From contig JAGWDQ010000124.1 of NCBI GenBank assembly GCA_018260615.1, positions 1 to 24,279 of the forward strand: 24,279 nucleotides of DNA, written 5' to 3'. Shown in pieces: positions 6,128-16,700 of the stretch. This DNA comes from Candidatus Altarchaeum sp. (GTDB taxonomy: Archaea; Altiarchaeota; Altiarchaeia; Altiarchaeales; Altiarchaeaceae). The notes under the pieces are model-generated. The model ran no database searches. It worked only from the letters and a program-made list of their open reading frames with translations, and had not been told where the DNA came from. Both the position numbers and the translations under genes were made by a program. Every line of letters begins with the position of its first letter. The stretch's first letter is position 1.

Positions 6128-7078
6128 TCACCTTTTACATTCCTTGAGCAGATAATCAGCAATCTTCTCATAAACATTGAGCTTTGTTGCCTTCTGAAAT
6201 CCGTCAAAAGCAGGAGAACAATTCACTTCAAGAACTTTGTAATCATTATTTTCTTTATCTTCTATAATATCAACTCCTGAAATTTTGCATTTTACCGCTT
6301 TGCTTGCCTTAACTGAAATTTCCTTTAATTCGTCACAGACATTAAATGCAACCGCCTTTCCGCCGGTACTTATTCCGTTCTTATTCATTCCCTTTCCTGC
6401 AATTCTATAAATTCCGCCGATTACTTCATCCCCTACAACAATAATTCTCATATCTCCCTTATTCTTTATAAATTTTTGAAATATTGCAACCTTATTATTT
6501 AAAGCGAACATAGAAAGTATATCTCCTGCCGTTGATTTTTCACCTGTAATTATAATTCCGATTCCACCTTTTCCGCTCATCGGCTTGAATACAAATTTGT
6601 CGTTTTTATTTTTACTTTTTGAGTTAAGAATCTGAAAGTATGTGTGCATTTCATCGTTGCTTGCGTATGTTTCGGGAATATTAATTCCACATTTTTTCAG
6701 ATAATAATAACCTAAGTATTTGTCCTTTGAAAGTCGTATTCCATCTGTCGGATTTATAACATTCATTCCTTCATTTTCAAGCATCTCAACCGTATCAAAA
6801 AGAAATTTATCCTTCTCGTTTAAAATTTCGTTTTGTCGCAAAAAAATCAAGTCGTGATTTAATAAATTTATGCCCTCCGAATTAGCATACTTTTTAATGT
6901 GCTGTGCCACATAGCGGAAATTTCTTCCCTCATTAAAGTAGGTAAATTTAAACTGGGCATCAAATTTTGCAGATATAAAATTCCGGGCAATAAAGGTTAC
7001 TTCCGCACCCTTGCTTTTCAGGGCATGGACAAGTCCTTTGTCTCTTTCATCCTTTGGAATTATTGCAATTTTCATCAT
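6128..7078 (-). CDS. RimK-family ATP-grasp alpha-L-glutamate ligase (RimK/MptN/CofF-like; substrate not determinable)
   Basis: 316 aa with SKDKY, IPET, VFKPMSGKGGIGI, IFQKFI, DMRIIVVG and SGVDII...VLEVNCSPAF. Confidence 0.88.
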   Translation of the reverse strand: MMKIAIIPKDERDKGLVHALKSKGAEVTFIARNFISAKFDAQFKFTYFNEGRNFRYVAQHIKKYANSEGINLLNHDLIFLRQNEILNEKDKFLFDTVEMLENEGMNVINPTDGIRLSKDKYLGYYYLKKCGINIPETYASNDEMHTYFQILNSKSKNKNDKFVFKPMSGKGGIGIIITGEKSTAGDILSMFALNNKVAIFQKFIKNKGDMRIIVVGDEVIGGIYRIAGKGMNKNGISTGGKAVAFNVCDELKEISVKASKAVKCKISGVDIIEDKENNDYKVLEVNCSPAFDGFQKATKLNVYEKIADYLLKECKR

Positions 7079-7081
7079 TAC

Positions 7082-7777
7082 TTACTTTAAAATTTTTAAA
7101 ATTTCCTCAAACTCCCTAACACTCAATTGTCCCTCTGCGGTCTTTTCCTCAACACTGACATAAGTCAAAAATCCGAAATAATGATTTAAAACCCTGCTCA
7201 ATTTTCCATATTTTCCCATTCCGAGCATTATGACATTTCTGAAATTTTTCTCTTCCGTCAAAAATGGCAAAATTTTATAATTGTCCCCCCAGGAATTAAA
7301 TTTAACGGCAATTTTCTTTATGACTTTTCCTTTGCATTCCGCTTTAATTTTTTCCATATCATCCAGAATTTTTTCTGTTTCTTCTCTGCCCGGACATTCT
7401 GAAAAGTTGTGGTATGACAGGATTAAATTTGAATTTAAAAAGTCCTTCATTTTCTCATGTTCCTGCTGGAAACTCTTTACTTCAATTGTCAGATAATCGG
7501 AAAATTTTGCTACATGCTTTAAAATTTCGGTTCGTTCATCTTCGCTGCCGGTAAAATTTCCGCCTTCATCCTTCAGCATACAGGTTGCAATTTTTATTTT
7601 GTTTTTGATTCCGCCTGTTTTGCTTATGTTCTGAAAGTCGTTTAAATTTTTAAATTCGGCAATGTCTAAATAATCAAGGCGGAATTCAATTGCATCAACT
7701 GGCTTCAAATTTCCGATTTTTTCTGCTAAATTTAGTATGTCCTTAAAATTTTTCTTTGCTATTACTGCACAGAGCAT
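7082..7777 (-). CDS. aroD: Type I 3-dehydroquinate dehydratase
   Basis: 231 aa with DAIEFRLDYL, IATC...EGG, ILSYHNF, KKIA (Schiff-base Lys region), MLGMGKYGKLSR, and LTY...TAEGQ. Confidence 0.9.
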   Translation of the reverse strand: MLCAVIAKKNFKDILNLAEKIGNLKPVDAIEFRLDYLDIAEFKNLNDFQNISKTGGIKNKIKIATCMLKDEGGNFTGSEDERTEILKHVAKFSDYLTIEVKSFQQEHEKMKDFLNSNLILSYHNFSECPGREETEKILDDMEKIKAECKGKVIKKIAVKFNSWGDNYKILPFLTEEKNFRNVIMLGMGKYGKLSRVLNHYFGFLTYVSVEEKTAEGQLSVREFEEILKILK

Positions 7778-7798
7778 TTTGAATTTTTTGATTTTTGG

Positions 7799-8641
7799 TT
7801 ATTTTTCTTTATCTTGATGTTTAATTTGTTTTGCCTTTTTTTCTGTTAGGTGGAGATAATTCTCGTTTGATATAATTGACTTGCCTGTTTTTTGTTCAAT
7901 TTCTTTCCGCGTATTTTTTGCAATTGTTCCGCCTTCAATTGCCGAGTCCTTGCATTCTTCAAATCCTTGCGAATCCTTTGAAATTGTAATATCAGTAGTT
8001 GCTTTCTCGCCGAGCATTGTCAGAATCAATTCCCAGTCATTCATATTATCTCTTAAATTTTGTTCATCTCTTTTGATATTTTTGAATTCTTTATATTCTT
8101 TAACCGTCTTTCCAAATGTCGCTTTTGAAATCTCATTTGTCAGTATCGCAAATTCGTTTGCTTCTTTTATATCTCTGTTTTTCCATTCATCAGTCAAATC
8201 CTGCCTTATGGCGATTCCTCTGAGTCGTTTATCAATCCACTCCTTTGGATAACCTTTAAGTTCATAATATGTTTTTACACGATCCTGTGCAAGTTCCGGA
8301 TTTTCAATTTCCTGAATTCTCTCATAACCGACTTTGGCAAGCCATCTCTTGAATGGTTCGGCTTTCTTTGAGGGAATTGACTGGATAATCCTGAACATGT
8401 TTTCTGTGTTTGCACAATCAGTATCATATTTTTTACCGTCTGATGACAGTAGTTTCAGTTGTAAACAAATTGTTAACAACTGAGATTCTCTCTTTTTCAA
8501 AACTCCCCAGTACTGCCGCGGAGCAGGGCTGTCAGTTAAGACCTCAACAACATCCACTACTGAAAAATACCATTCGTTATTATGCCACTCCCTTCTGATT
8601 TCCTTTCCCCGAAATACAACTAATGCTTTATCTGAGTCCAT
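7799..8641 (-). CDS. Bro-N domain (phage antirepressor-like) DNA-binding protein with a DinD-like C-terminal region
   Basis: 280 aa with IRREW...WYFSVVDVVEVL, DGKKYDTDCA, RIIQSIPSKKAEPFKRWLAKVGYER and NLRDNMNDWELILTMLGE. Confidence 0.85.
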   Translation of the reverse strand: MDSDKALVVFRGKEIRREWHNNEWYFSVVDVVEVLTDSPAPRQYWGVLKKRESQLLTICLQLKLLSSDGKKYDTDCANTENMFRIIQSIPSKKAEPFKRWLAKVGYERIQEIENPELAQDRVKTYYELKGYPKEWIDKRLRGIAIRQDLTDEWKNRDIKEANEFAILTNEISKATFGKTVKEYKEFKNIKRDEQNLRDNMNDWELILTMLGEKATTDITISKDSQGFEECKDSAIEGGTIAKNTRKEIEQKTGKSIISNENYLHLTEKKAKQIKHQDKEK

Positions 8642-8684
8642 TTTTTGATTAAATTACTTTTAGATTGCTTAAATTTTATTTTAA

Positions 8685-8717
8685 TTTTGCGTGCAATTTG
8701 CGTGCATTTTGCGTGCA
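8685..8717. repeat. 3 x 11-bp tandem repeat WTTTGCGTGCA immediately after the Fic stop codon
   Basis: TTTTGCGTGCA / ATTTGCGTGCA / TTTTGCGTGCA. Confidence 0.8.
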
Positions 8718-8719
8718 AT

Positions 8720-9757
8720 TTATTTCAGCATGTAATTTGTTGCACGTCCAATTCCTGCTCTTTTTATCAAATTTAATTTTTCTATCTCTGAAATATCATA
8801 ATTGGCGGTTCTCAATGAAATATCAAACATTTTTACATATTGTTCCCTTGTAATTGAATCATTATCTGTTAAATACTCAAGAATCTTAATTTGCCTTTTA
8901 TTAAGGTTTAAATTCCTCACCCTTTCCCTGATTAAGTCCTTCTTTATTATTTTCTCGCCCCTGTTTTTCACATCAACCATCTGCGATTTCAAAGCATCGG
9001 TGAAATATTCTATCCATGAGGTCATGTCCATGTTGTTCTCCCTGACATTCTGGATTGCGTCATAATAATCCTTCCTGTTTTTATCATAGTACTCTGATAT
9101 GCTGAAAAGCTTTTTAAAGTCATAGCCGGTTTTATAGAGAATCAGTGTGCATAAAAGGCGGGCTGTTCTTCCGTTGCCGTCTAAAAAAGGATGAATGTGA
9201 ACGAACTGGAACTGTGCAATCCCTGCAACAATTATAGGCGAAATATCTTTTGCACTGTTAATCCAGTCAATAAGCTCATCCATTAATTTTTCTACTTCCG
9301 ATGCATGTGGCGGAGTGTATATAACCTCACGGGTCCGTGAATTAACAATATAATTTTGTATTGTCCTGTAATTCCCGGGGTCAGCAGAACCACCTCTCAC
9401 ACCTTCAACAAGAATTTTATGAATGTCTCTGATAATGTCCCCTGTTACCAGCTCTTCAACCTTCACATACCCTGAAACATAATCCATTGCTTGTTTGTAG
9501 TTGAAAAGTTCCATCTCATCATCAGCATCCACGCCCTCAACCTTCTCACCTGAAAGAATTTTCTCTGCCTGCTCAAATGTAAGTTCCGTTCCCTCTATGT
9601 GAGTTGAATGATGCGACTCAAGAATCAATGCTCTTTTCTGCATCCTGGAAAGCCACTCAGTTTTAAGTTCGGCAGCTTCAAGAAAGCCCCTTGCTCTCTC
9701 TATCTCTGCAAGGTTGTTATTTGTTCTGTTTGTTATAACGAATTTCGGAGTAAACAT
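8720..9757 (-). CDS. Fic-domain AMPylase with an N-terminal inhibitory motif (class II) and a C-terminal winged HTH
   Basis: 345 aa. Catalytic motif HPFLDGNGRTAR; (S/T)xxxE(G/N) motif STHIEG; C-terminal ITREQYVKMFDISLRTANYDI HTH. Confidence 0.92.
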   Translation of the reverse strand: MFTPKFVITNRTNNNLAEIERARGFLEAAELKTEWLSRMQKRALILESHHSTHIEGTELTFEQAEKILSGEKVEGVDADDEMELFNYKQAMDYVSGYVKVEELVTGDIIRDIHKILVEGVRGGSADPGNYRTIQNYIVNSRTREVIYTPPHASEVEKLMDELIDWINSAKDISPIIVAGIAQFQFVHIHPFLDGNGRTARLLCTLILYKTGYDFKKLFSISEYYDKNRKDYYDAIQNVRENNMDMTSWIEYFTDALKSQMVDVKNRGEKIIKKDLIRERVRNLNLNKRQIKILEYLTDNDSITREQYVKMFDISLRTANYDISEIEKLNLIKRAGIGRATNYMLK

Positions 9758-9796
9758 TTTGCTTTGTTTTAGATATTTATAATGCGTTTTCTGAAT

Positions 9797-10567
9797 TTAT
9801 TTTTTATTAAAATTTTCTAATCTCATCAATAAACTTGCCAAATCCTGAACATTAAATTTTTCTAACTCTTCTTTTTTCTCAATTAAATTTACTATGGAAT
9901 GTGCTTTTGAATTTGCACCTTTCCTAAATGGTTCAACTGATGAAATAAATTTTTCAAATGTGTCCTTATCAACTTTAAAATCATCTTTTTTACCTTCAAG
10001 ATTTTCTAATAATCGGGTAAAATCATGAAACCTGTGTTTGTCTTCTCTATAATAAACCTCTCTGGCTGATTTGGTTTTATTACCATATTTATTTCTCAAA
10101 ACATCTATTAGTAAATTTTCAATTAACTTTCTACTTAGGATTAAAACAGCAGTATAAGCACCATAAGTATAACAGAGATTAATTTCATCTTCTAATTTCT
10201 GGTAAAAATAGTCTGAATGTTTCAATGTTATAAATTTTTCTTTTGTGTCCATAGGTTTTTTAAATTTATCATTTTCTTCCATTTCTATAAGTTTTAAAAG
10301 GTGATCTATCACAGAAATTATTGGGCCTATTGGTTCATCCCATTTCTCATCTAAACGCTTTTGCATTACTACGAATGAATTTTTATCATATGGCAGAACT
10401 GCGGATGCAAAATCAAAAATACCTTTAAGTTTTGCATATATATCAGGATTTATTGGTTCAGAAATCAATTTATTTCCCAGCTTATCTGTTTTGTATCGAA
10501 AATTACCTTCTATTAATTCCTTTCTAATTAACTTTACTCTTTCTTTAAGTTTGTTTAAATTATTCAT
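9797..10567 (-). CDS. Hypothetical protein with a HEPN/DUF4145-like C-terminal domain
   Basis: EINLCYTYGAYTAVLILSRKLIENLL helix pattern and C-terminal RKGANSKAH. The ATG at 10567 overlaps the MTase stop (ATGAATAA); the track's 10573 start is TTG. Confidence 0.55.
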   Translation of the reverse strand: MNNLNKLKERVKLIRKELIEGNFRYKTDKLGNKLISEPINPDIYAKLKGIFDFASAVLPYDKNSFVVMQKRLDEKWDEPIGPIISVIDHLLKLIEMEENDKFKKPMDTKEKFITLKHSDYFYQKLEDEINLCYTYGAYTAVLILSRKLIENLLIDVLRNKYGNKTKSAREVYYREDKHRFHDFTRLLENLEGKKDDFKVDKDTFEKFISSVEPFRKGANSKAHSIVNLIEKKEELEKFNVQDLASLLMRLENFNKK

Positions 10568-13500
10568 TTTCAATTATTTTAACCCATTTATGTGATTTAA
10601 TTTCATTAATTAAATTTAAAATTTCCTTATCGTGTATCAAATTATCATAAACCTCTTTTATTGCATTCAATTTTTCAGAGCTAGAAATTAGACTCGAAAT
10701 ATCAGCAAGGTAAGGAGAAACAAGATTAATTAAATTTGTCTTTAATTCATCAAAATAAATTTCATAGACCAATGAATCAATAATTTGGGTGTCAAAGAAT
10801 TCAATCAGTTCTTTTTCTGAATTTCGGCGTTCTTCGGTTTCGTTCAGGAAAACTAAATAAGTAAAAACTTCTTTGATTGGCGATTTTAGATTATTTCCCT
10901 TCCTTACTTGATAATCATAGTTAAGTATGTGGCTTATTTCAGTATAGGATAAACCATATAATTTTCCTAAAACTAAATCAATCAAATCAATGTGCCATTT
11001 AACTTTACTTGTTAAAAATCTATTTCTTTCCGAATCAAATTTTGAGAATAAATCATTAAGAAACTTTTCTCTCATCTTTTTGAGCAGCAGAGTTTTACTT
11101 GAAATAATTTTTTCATCTAACACAGGTATTGTCATATAAATATCAGAATTAGTGTCTCTTCCATCACCAAAAATTCTAAACCAAAAATAAAATAATGATG
11201 AGTTAAATAACAGTAAGATAATATCATAGTATTCCTGATTTATAAAAATAGGTTTTATTTTTGTGCTTTTATATGGTTCTCTATCCCAAGCATTATACCA
11301 ATAGTTCCCGCTTGTTCGTATCCACAGTTTTTTACCACTTTTGTTAATTGTATAATCTATTGTTTTATCAAATCTCAATAGTTTTTCTAATATATCTACA
11401 TTGATTTTTTCGCCCAGTTTTGGCAATCTATGTTTTTCTTTTATGGACACAAAACCCCTATTTCCCAATAAAAAATTCGTTGTGTTTTCGGTTTTTAGTT
11501 TATATAAATCAGGCATTTCTCTATATAAAATGCTGGAAAATATTCCATTATGTTTTTCTTTATTTTTATTATAACAAACCAAAATGGAAACTGATTGTGA
11601 CATGCTACTAAAAATTCTGCACTTGTCTCTGTCAAAATTATAAAGGCTTGCTTTTTCAAAAGAATTAAATATTAACTCTCTTGATTTAGACAATTCTTTG
11701 CTAAAAGTTATCGCAAAAGTGATGATGAAACTAAAATTACCAGTATTTTTTAATATGGATTGACTTTTCTCAATGAAAGGACTTGCAATTTCAGAAGTTG
11801 TAGAATATTTATATGTAGAATGTATTATCTCCTTCTCAATTTCACTAAGTATATTTCCATATGGCGGATTCCCAATAACAACATCAAACCCTCTTTCCTC
11901 AGCCGGTTTTTCCGGATCAAAAACATCATAGAATTCAAATCCCCAGTGGAATGGATTTAATTTTTCTAATTCTTCCTTTTCTATTTTTATCTTTTTATCT
12001 CTAAATTCTCTTAATAATTTCTCATTCAAAACTGGTCGGAATTTCTCGTTTATATTTTCAATATTTTTTTTCAATTCCTCCGCTTGTTTTGAGTTCTTTG
12101 TCTTTTTGTATTCATTTACAAACATACCTTTTGTTCTCATTATTTCTTTAACCGTTTTTATCTCCATTCTCGCCTGATATTCTTTTGGTTCTGTTAAGGT
12201 TCTCTGTTCTGGCTCAATTTTTTCTAATTCAAATAACCCAAACTGCTCGTCAATAGGTGCTTCAACAAATCCAATCAATGAATTCCCACACATAATATTA
12301 TAATCAATATTTGGCAACGGCTCAATATTATTTTTATCAACATCAGAAACCATAGAAAGCCACAGCCGTAATTTGCAGATTTCAACTGCTCCCTCCTGAA
12401 TATCAACACCATAGAGATTATTTGTTATTATTGTTCTCTTAATATAATACTCAACTGTATTCATGTTCGCTATCTCTTCCAATTCCTTCTTAAAATTTTC
12501 TTTGTCTTTTTCCGCTAAAATTTTGCTACATGTTCTGTATATTGGAATTAAAACATATAAAGCAGCAACTAAAAAAGCACCCGAACCGCAGGCGTTATCT
12601 AGAATAGTTAATTTTTTCAGAACATCAAAATAAAGAAACCTTATCATTTCAATTTCTCTTCTACCATGATCCTTTTTCTGATCCTTTTTCTTCAGAAGTT
12701 CATCATAAATATATCTGTATTTTGTCCCGAATTTTTCATTAATTCTGTCAGTGATGTAAGGATAAATTGTATTCATAGAAATATAGTTAGTTATCTCTTC
12801 AGGCGTATAGTAAGAGCCGGTTTCTTTCTGTGTTGCTGCAATAACACTTTTCTCATAAATGTGTCCTAAAATTGCAGGCGTAAGCACGGTAGAATCTCCT
12901 TTCTGTTCCTCAACAACCCATTCATATTTATTCAGCAAATCAAAGACATCCTTCCACCCATCATTTTTTATTTTTATACTCTCATTTTCAAAGTCCTTTT
13001 CCCTGAACAAACCGCCGTTTAAATACGGCACTTTACCGAAATCTACATCTTTTATGATAACCTCTTTGGACATATCATGCTCTTTGTTAAGAACATCAAA
13101 AAATAAGGGTCTAAGAAAATTTATGTAATAATTTATATCTTTATCTTTTCCAGAATACCTGTCAGAGAGATATTTTTTATCCAACACACCTTTTGTTTGC
13201 AGAAAATATAAAAAAATAATCCTATCCATTAAAACTTGAGCGTAAAGTTCAGGATTTACCTTTTCAATAGTTATGTCCTTGCTTAATCTCTTTATTATGC
13301 CTTTATATTCTTCAAAAAATTTCTTAACTATTTCCTTAACATCAAATAAATTTTCCAAGGTCTCATTGAAAATATCATCTTTATATTTTAAACCTTTCAA
13401 CTTATTCAACAAACTTAATCGTGTTTCGGTAGGGAGATTTTGAGTCCTGTTTTTATCACAAGTAAACTTAAAAGGATCCCCAACCTGCCTCATAAAACAA

Positions 13501-13742
13501 AACTTATCAAATTCCTTAGTATATAGTAAATAATAAATTACATTTTGTCCTATTTCTTTAAGTTCCTTTCGGTACCATGACCATTCAGCAACACTTTCAG
13601 GAAACCTATCTATTTCTTTAAGTCGTATCTTGTATAATTTAGAAACATTGAATTCTCGAAATTCCTCATTGTAATCTCTAAATTCCCTCTCATTAAAAAA
13701 TTCTACTAAATCGCCGTAATTTTTAACATTTTCAAGTTCCAT
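10560..13742 (-). CDS. Large N6-adenine DNA methyltransferase with a TRD (Eco57I/type IIG-MTase-like)
   Basis: SAM motif ILDNACGSGAFLV, catalytic DVVIGNPPY, TGSYYTPEEI, NNLYGVDI...AVEICKLRLWL and GVPYLNGGLF-like KVPYLNGGLF. The ATG at 13742 lies 1 bp after the helicase stop; the track's 13751 start is TTG. Confidence 0.92.
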   Translation of the reverse strand: MELENVKNYGDLVEFFNEREFRDYNEEFREFNVSKLYKIRLKEIDRFPESVAEWSWYRKELKEIGQNVIYYLLYTKEFDKFCFMRQVGDPFKFTCDKNRTQNLPTETRLSLLNKLKGLKYKDDIFNETLENLFDVKEIVKKFFEEYKGIIKRLSKDITIEKVNPELYAQVLMDRIIFLYFLQTKGVLDKKYLSDRYSGKDKDINYYINFLRPLFFDVLNKEHDMSKEVIIKDVDFGKVPYLNGGLFREKDFENESIKIKNDGWKDVFDLLNKYEWVVEEQKGDSTVLTPAILGHIYEKSVIAATQKETGSYYTPEEITNYISMNTIYPYITDRINEKFGTKYRYIYDELLKKKDQKKDHGRREIEMIRFLYFDVLKKLTILDNACGSGAFLVAALYVLIPIYRTCSKILAEKDKENFKKELEEIANMNTVEYYIKRTIITNNLYGVDIQEGAVEICKLRLWLSMVSDVDKNNIEPLPNIDYNIMCGNSLIGFVEAPIDEQFGLFELEKIEPEQRTLTEPKEYQARMEIKTVKEIMRTKGMFVNEYKKTKNSKQAEELKKNIENINEKFRPVLNEKLLREFRDKKIKIEKEELEKLNPFHWGFEFYDVFDPEKPAEERGFDVVIGNPPYGNILSEIEKEIIHSTYKYSTTSEIASPFIEKSQSILKNTGNFSFIITFAITFSKELSKSRELIFNSFEKASLYNFDRDKCRIFSSMSQSVSILVCYNKNKEKHNGIFSSILYREMPDLYKLKTENTTNFLLGNRGFVSIKEKHRLPKLGEKINVDILEKLLRFDKTIDYTINKSGKKLWIRTSGNYWYNAWDREPYKSTKIKPIFINQEYYDIILLLFNSSLFYFWFRIFGDGRDTNSDIYMTIPVLDEKIISSKTLLLKKMREKFLNDLFSKFDSERNRFLTSKVKWHIDLIDLVLGKLYGLSYTEISHILNYDYQVRKGNNLKSPIKEVFTYLVFLNETEERRNSEKELIEFFDTQIIDSLVYEIYFDELKTNLINLVSPYLADISSLISSSEKLNAIKEVYDNLIHDKEILNLINEIKSHKWVKIIENE

Positions 13743-13743
13743 T

Positions 13744-16700
13744 TTAATCAAATATTATGAATGCTTTTAACTTTCCATCAATATCATCTGTTTTTTTAAT
13801 CTCTATACTCATTTTTTCATTAAGTTCTTTAAGATCGTTATAAAGTTCTTGTTTATTTTCATTCATATCTTTTGTTTTATAATTTGTTTTGTTTTTACTT
13901 TTACCTTTATACTTTATCCATTTCCTGCGGAAATCTATCATCTCTTTTTCACATTGGATGGATACATTTTTCTTTCCAAATTCAGATAAAAAAGAAAGTA
14001 TCATTTTATTTATCTCTTTATCGGCTTTATTTAATTTGGTTTGCTGTAATGTTTTGTTTATTTCTCTTACTATTTCCTGCTTGTAGTTATCAATATCGCT
14101 GTTTGAGAGAACATACTGTGCCTTTCTACCTTCATGCCTTAATTCAATAAGTTTCTTTTCTTCAAAATTTTTGATTTGATCTTTGGTCTCATCTGTTAAT
14201 CTGCCTTTATACTCTTCTTCAAATTCAACATCTAAGGGAAATTCTTTATCATAGTCCCCATTCAATTTCCTAATATAACTTAAAAGAGAGACCTTGTCAA
14301 GTTTATCTTTTTCATTAATTAAATAAAAGAATCCTATACCTTTTTGTTTTGAACTTAAATTAGTATAGAAAACACTTTTTGGCACTTCCATATTGTTTAT
14401 TTCTTCCTTGATTAGATTGGGATCTTTTTCTCTCATTTTCACATAAATTACCTTTGTTATAAAGTTTATAAGATTATATAAATCTCCTTTTTTAGTATCA
14501 GCATAATTTTTTTCTATTTCATCAAGCTTGTTATTCCTTGTGTTTTCAATTATAGTATGTAATTCCTCCTCTGTTAATACAGGGTACTCTCCACCGATAA
14601 ATTCTATGATGTTTGTAATTTTTTGTTTTAGTGTTTTTACAAGTTCAATTTCTTTATCAAATTTATCTTCCGGAATAAAATTTTTTACCCAGATATCTTT
14701 ATTATTACTTAATCTGTCAACCCTCCCTATCCTCTGAATTAAGCGAACAGGGTTCCAGGGCAGGTCATAATTTATTATGATATCCGCTTCTGGAATATTG
14801 ACTCCTTCACTTAATGTATCTGTTGAAAGAAGCAATCTTGTATTTTCCTCATTTTTAAATTTATACAACTGCTCTATTTTGTTTTCTGTTAAACCAGTTA
14901 TTTTTACTTTCTCTTCCTTTTTTATAATATCTTCAAGACAGTTGTCAAGATAATTTATAGTATCTGCAAATTGCGAAAAAAGTAAAATTTTTTCTCTCTT
15001 ATGATTATTTATAAACTCTTTAAGTACATCTAATTTTGGATCTACAAAACTATTTTCGCCAATTCTTAACTTTTCAACTAATTTCTTAAAATTTTTTATC
15101 TTCTCTAAATCTTCAGTAGTATATTGTTTATATATACTCAAATCATTTTCTGTTAATTTAATGTCTTCGGACAACTCCTCATCAACAAAATCCCGAACAT
15201 CTTTTTGTGACATTTTAGCATAAGATTCTTTTAATCTTTTATTTATTTCATTTAGTCCTGATGCGGACTCAAAAATCTTTAAAAGTCCATTATCTTTTTC
15301 TTCAAGATTACATAATGACTTATAAAAAGAATATATGCTGCTTTCCAGTCGTTTATATAATTGCACTTTGTATATCCCTGGCAGGCGGCCTTTTTCACTT
15401 TCTTGTTTAAATGGATTATATATGGTTAAATGAGGTAAATTCAAATTTGTTATGAAATCAATAACCTTAGTTATCTGCTTACCGTCTTTTTCATATCTTT
15501 CATACATTTCCCCATATACTTTTTTATACTTCTGAACATCTCCGCAATATGGATTTATATCGTAGAGATCATATCTTTTATTTGCTTCTATTAAAACGGG
15601 ATCTTTTAAGGTTATCTTCTCGCCATTTATCACCAAATCCATATCTTTATATATTTCTTTTAAATCCAATCTTGTTGTTCTCGGCATTAATTCATTTATA
15701 AGTTTTTTGACATCGTTGTTTTTGATATCTTCTAATCTCTTTTTTAGATCGTTCAAATCTTTTTTATTTTCATCACTCAAATCTTCTTCTCTTTCAAATC
15801 TTCTAATCTTTTTAAAGATAGTATTATATTCTTCCAGATTGTTATAATGTGTGATAAGATTATTTCTCTTAAACCTCTCATCATCAAAGAATATGTTAAT
15901 AAGGTTGTATAAATCAGCCGGCGTGTTGTTTATAGGAGTTCCTGTTAGAGTTATAAATTTTGTGTCTTTCGTATTGTTCCTTATTTTTTTAATTGCCTCC
16001 ATCAAATTCTGATATCTTTTTCTTTCACGATTCCTGAAATTGTGAACTTCATCTATGGCGATTATGTTATATTTTTTGTATTCTTCCGGATTAAACTTTT
16101 TCCCCTGAAATTCATACATTGATATATATTTAACATCTTTTGGATTAACACCATTTTGTCTTAAGTATCCCTGTTTAATTTTCTCTGTTGAATCTGCCAT
16201 CCATTGTTCTTCTACTTCACCGGGGCGCCCAATCAATAATGCTTCACCTATCTTTTTCCCTTCTTCATTATAAAGATAGTCCTTTATCAATTGCGATGCA
16301 ACATAACTTTTTCCAAGACCCACAGAACTTGCTATAATACAACCGCCATTTTCTTCAATACTCTTTTTTGCCCAAATGTAATCATTAATCTGGTGAGGTA
16401 AAAGTAAACTATCAAGGAGATTCTCTGCATGAAAGTATTTAATCAGCAACTTAACAAATTTTAAAGGTTTAACATATTTATAGCCCTCTTCTTCATCTTT
16501 CCATATATTTTTATATTTTCCAATTATTTTAAGAAGATCGGTATTTAGGTCCTCTGAATTTGGAACTATAAATTCATCAAACCATTTTTCAATATCTCTT
16601 AGTACGGCCGGCTCAGAAACCTGTGCGTTAAATTCTATATTTCCGGTTTTGTATCCTAAACCAGCAGGTGTAAAATTTGAAGAACCAAAAACACATAATG

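Noticed and set aside
10568-13751. TTG starts at 10573 and 13751 given by the ORF track
   Set aside because: In-frame ATGs two or three codons downstream give typical coupled junctions (ATGAATAA overlap; TAA-A-ATG).
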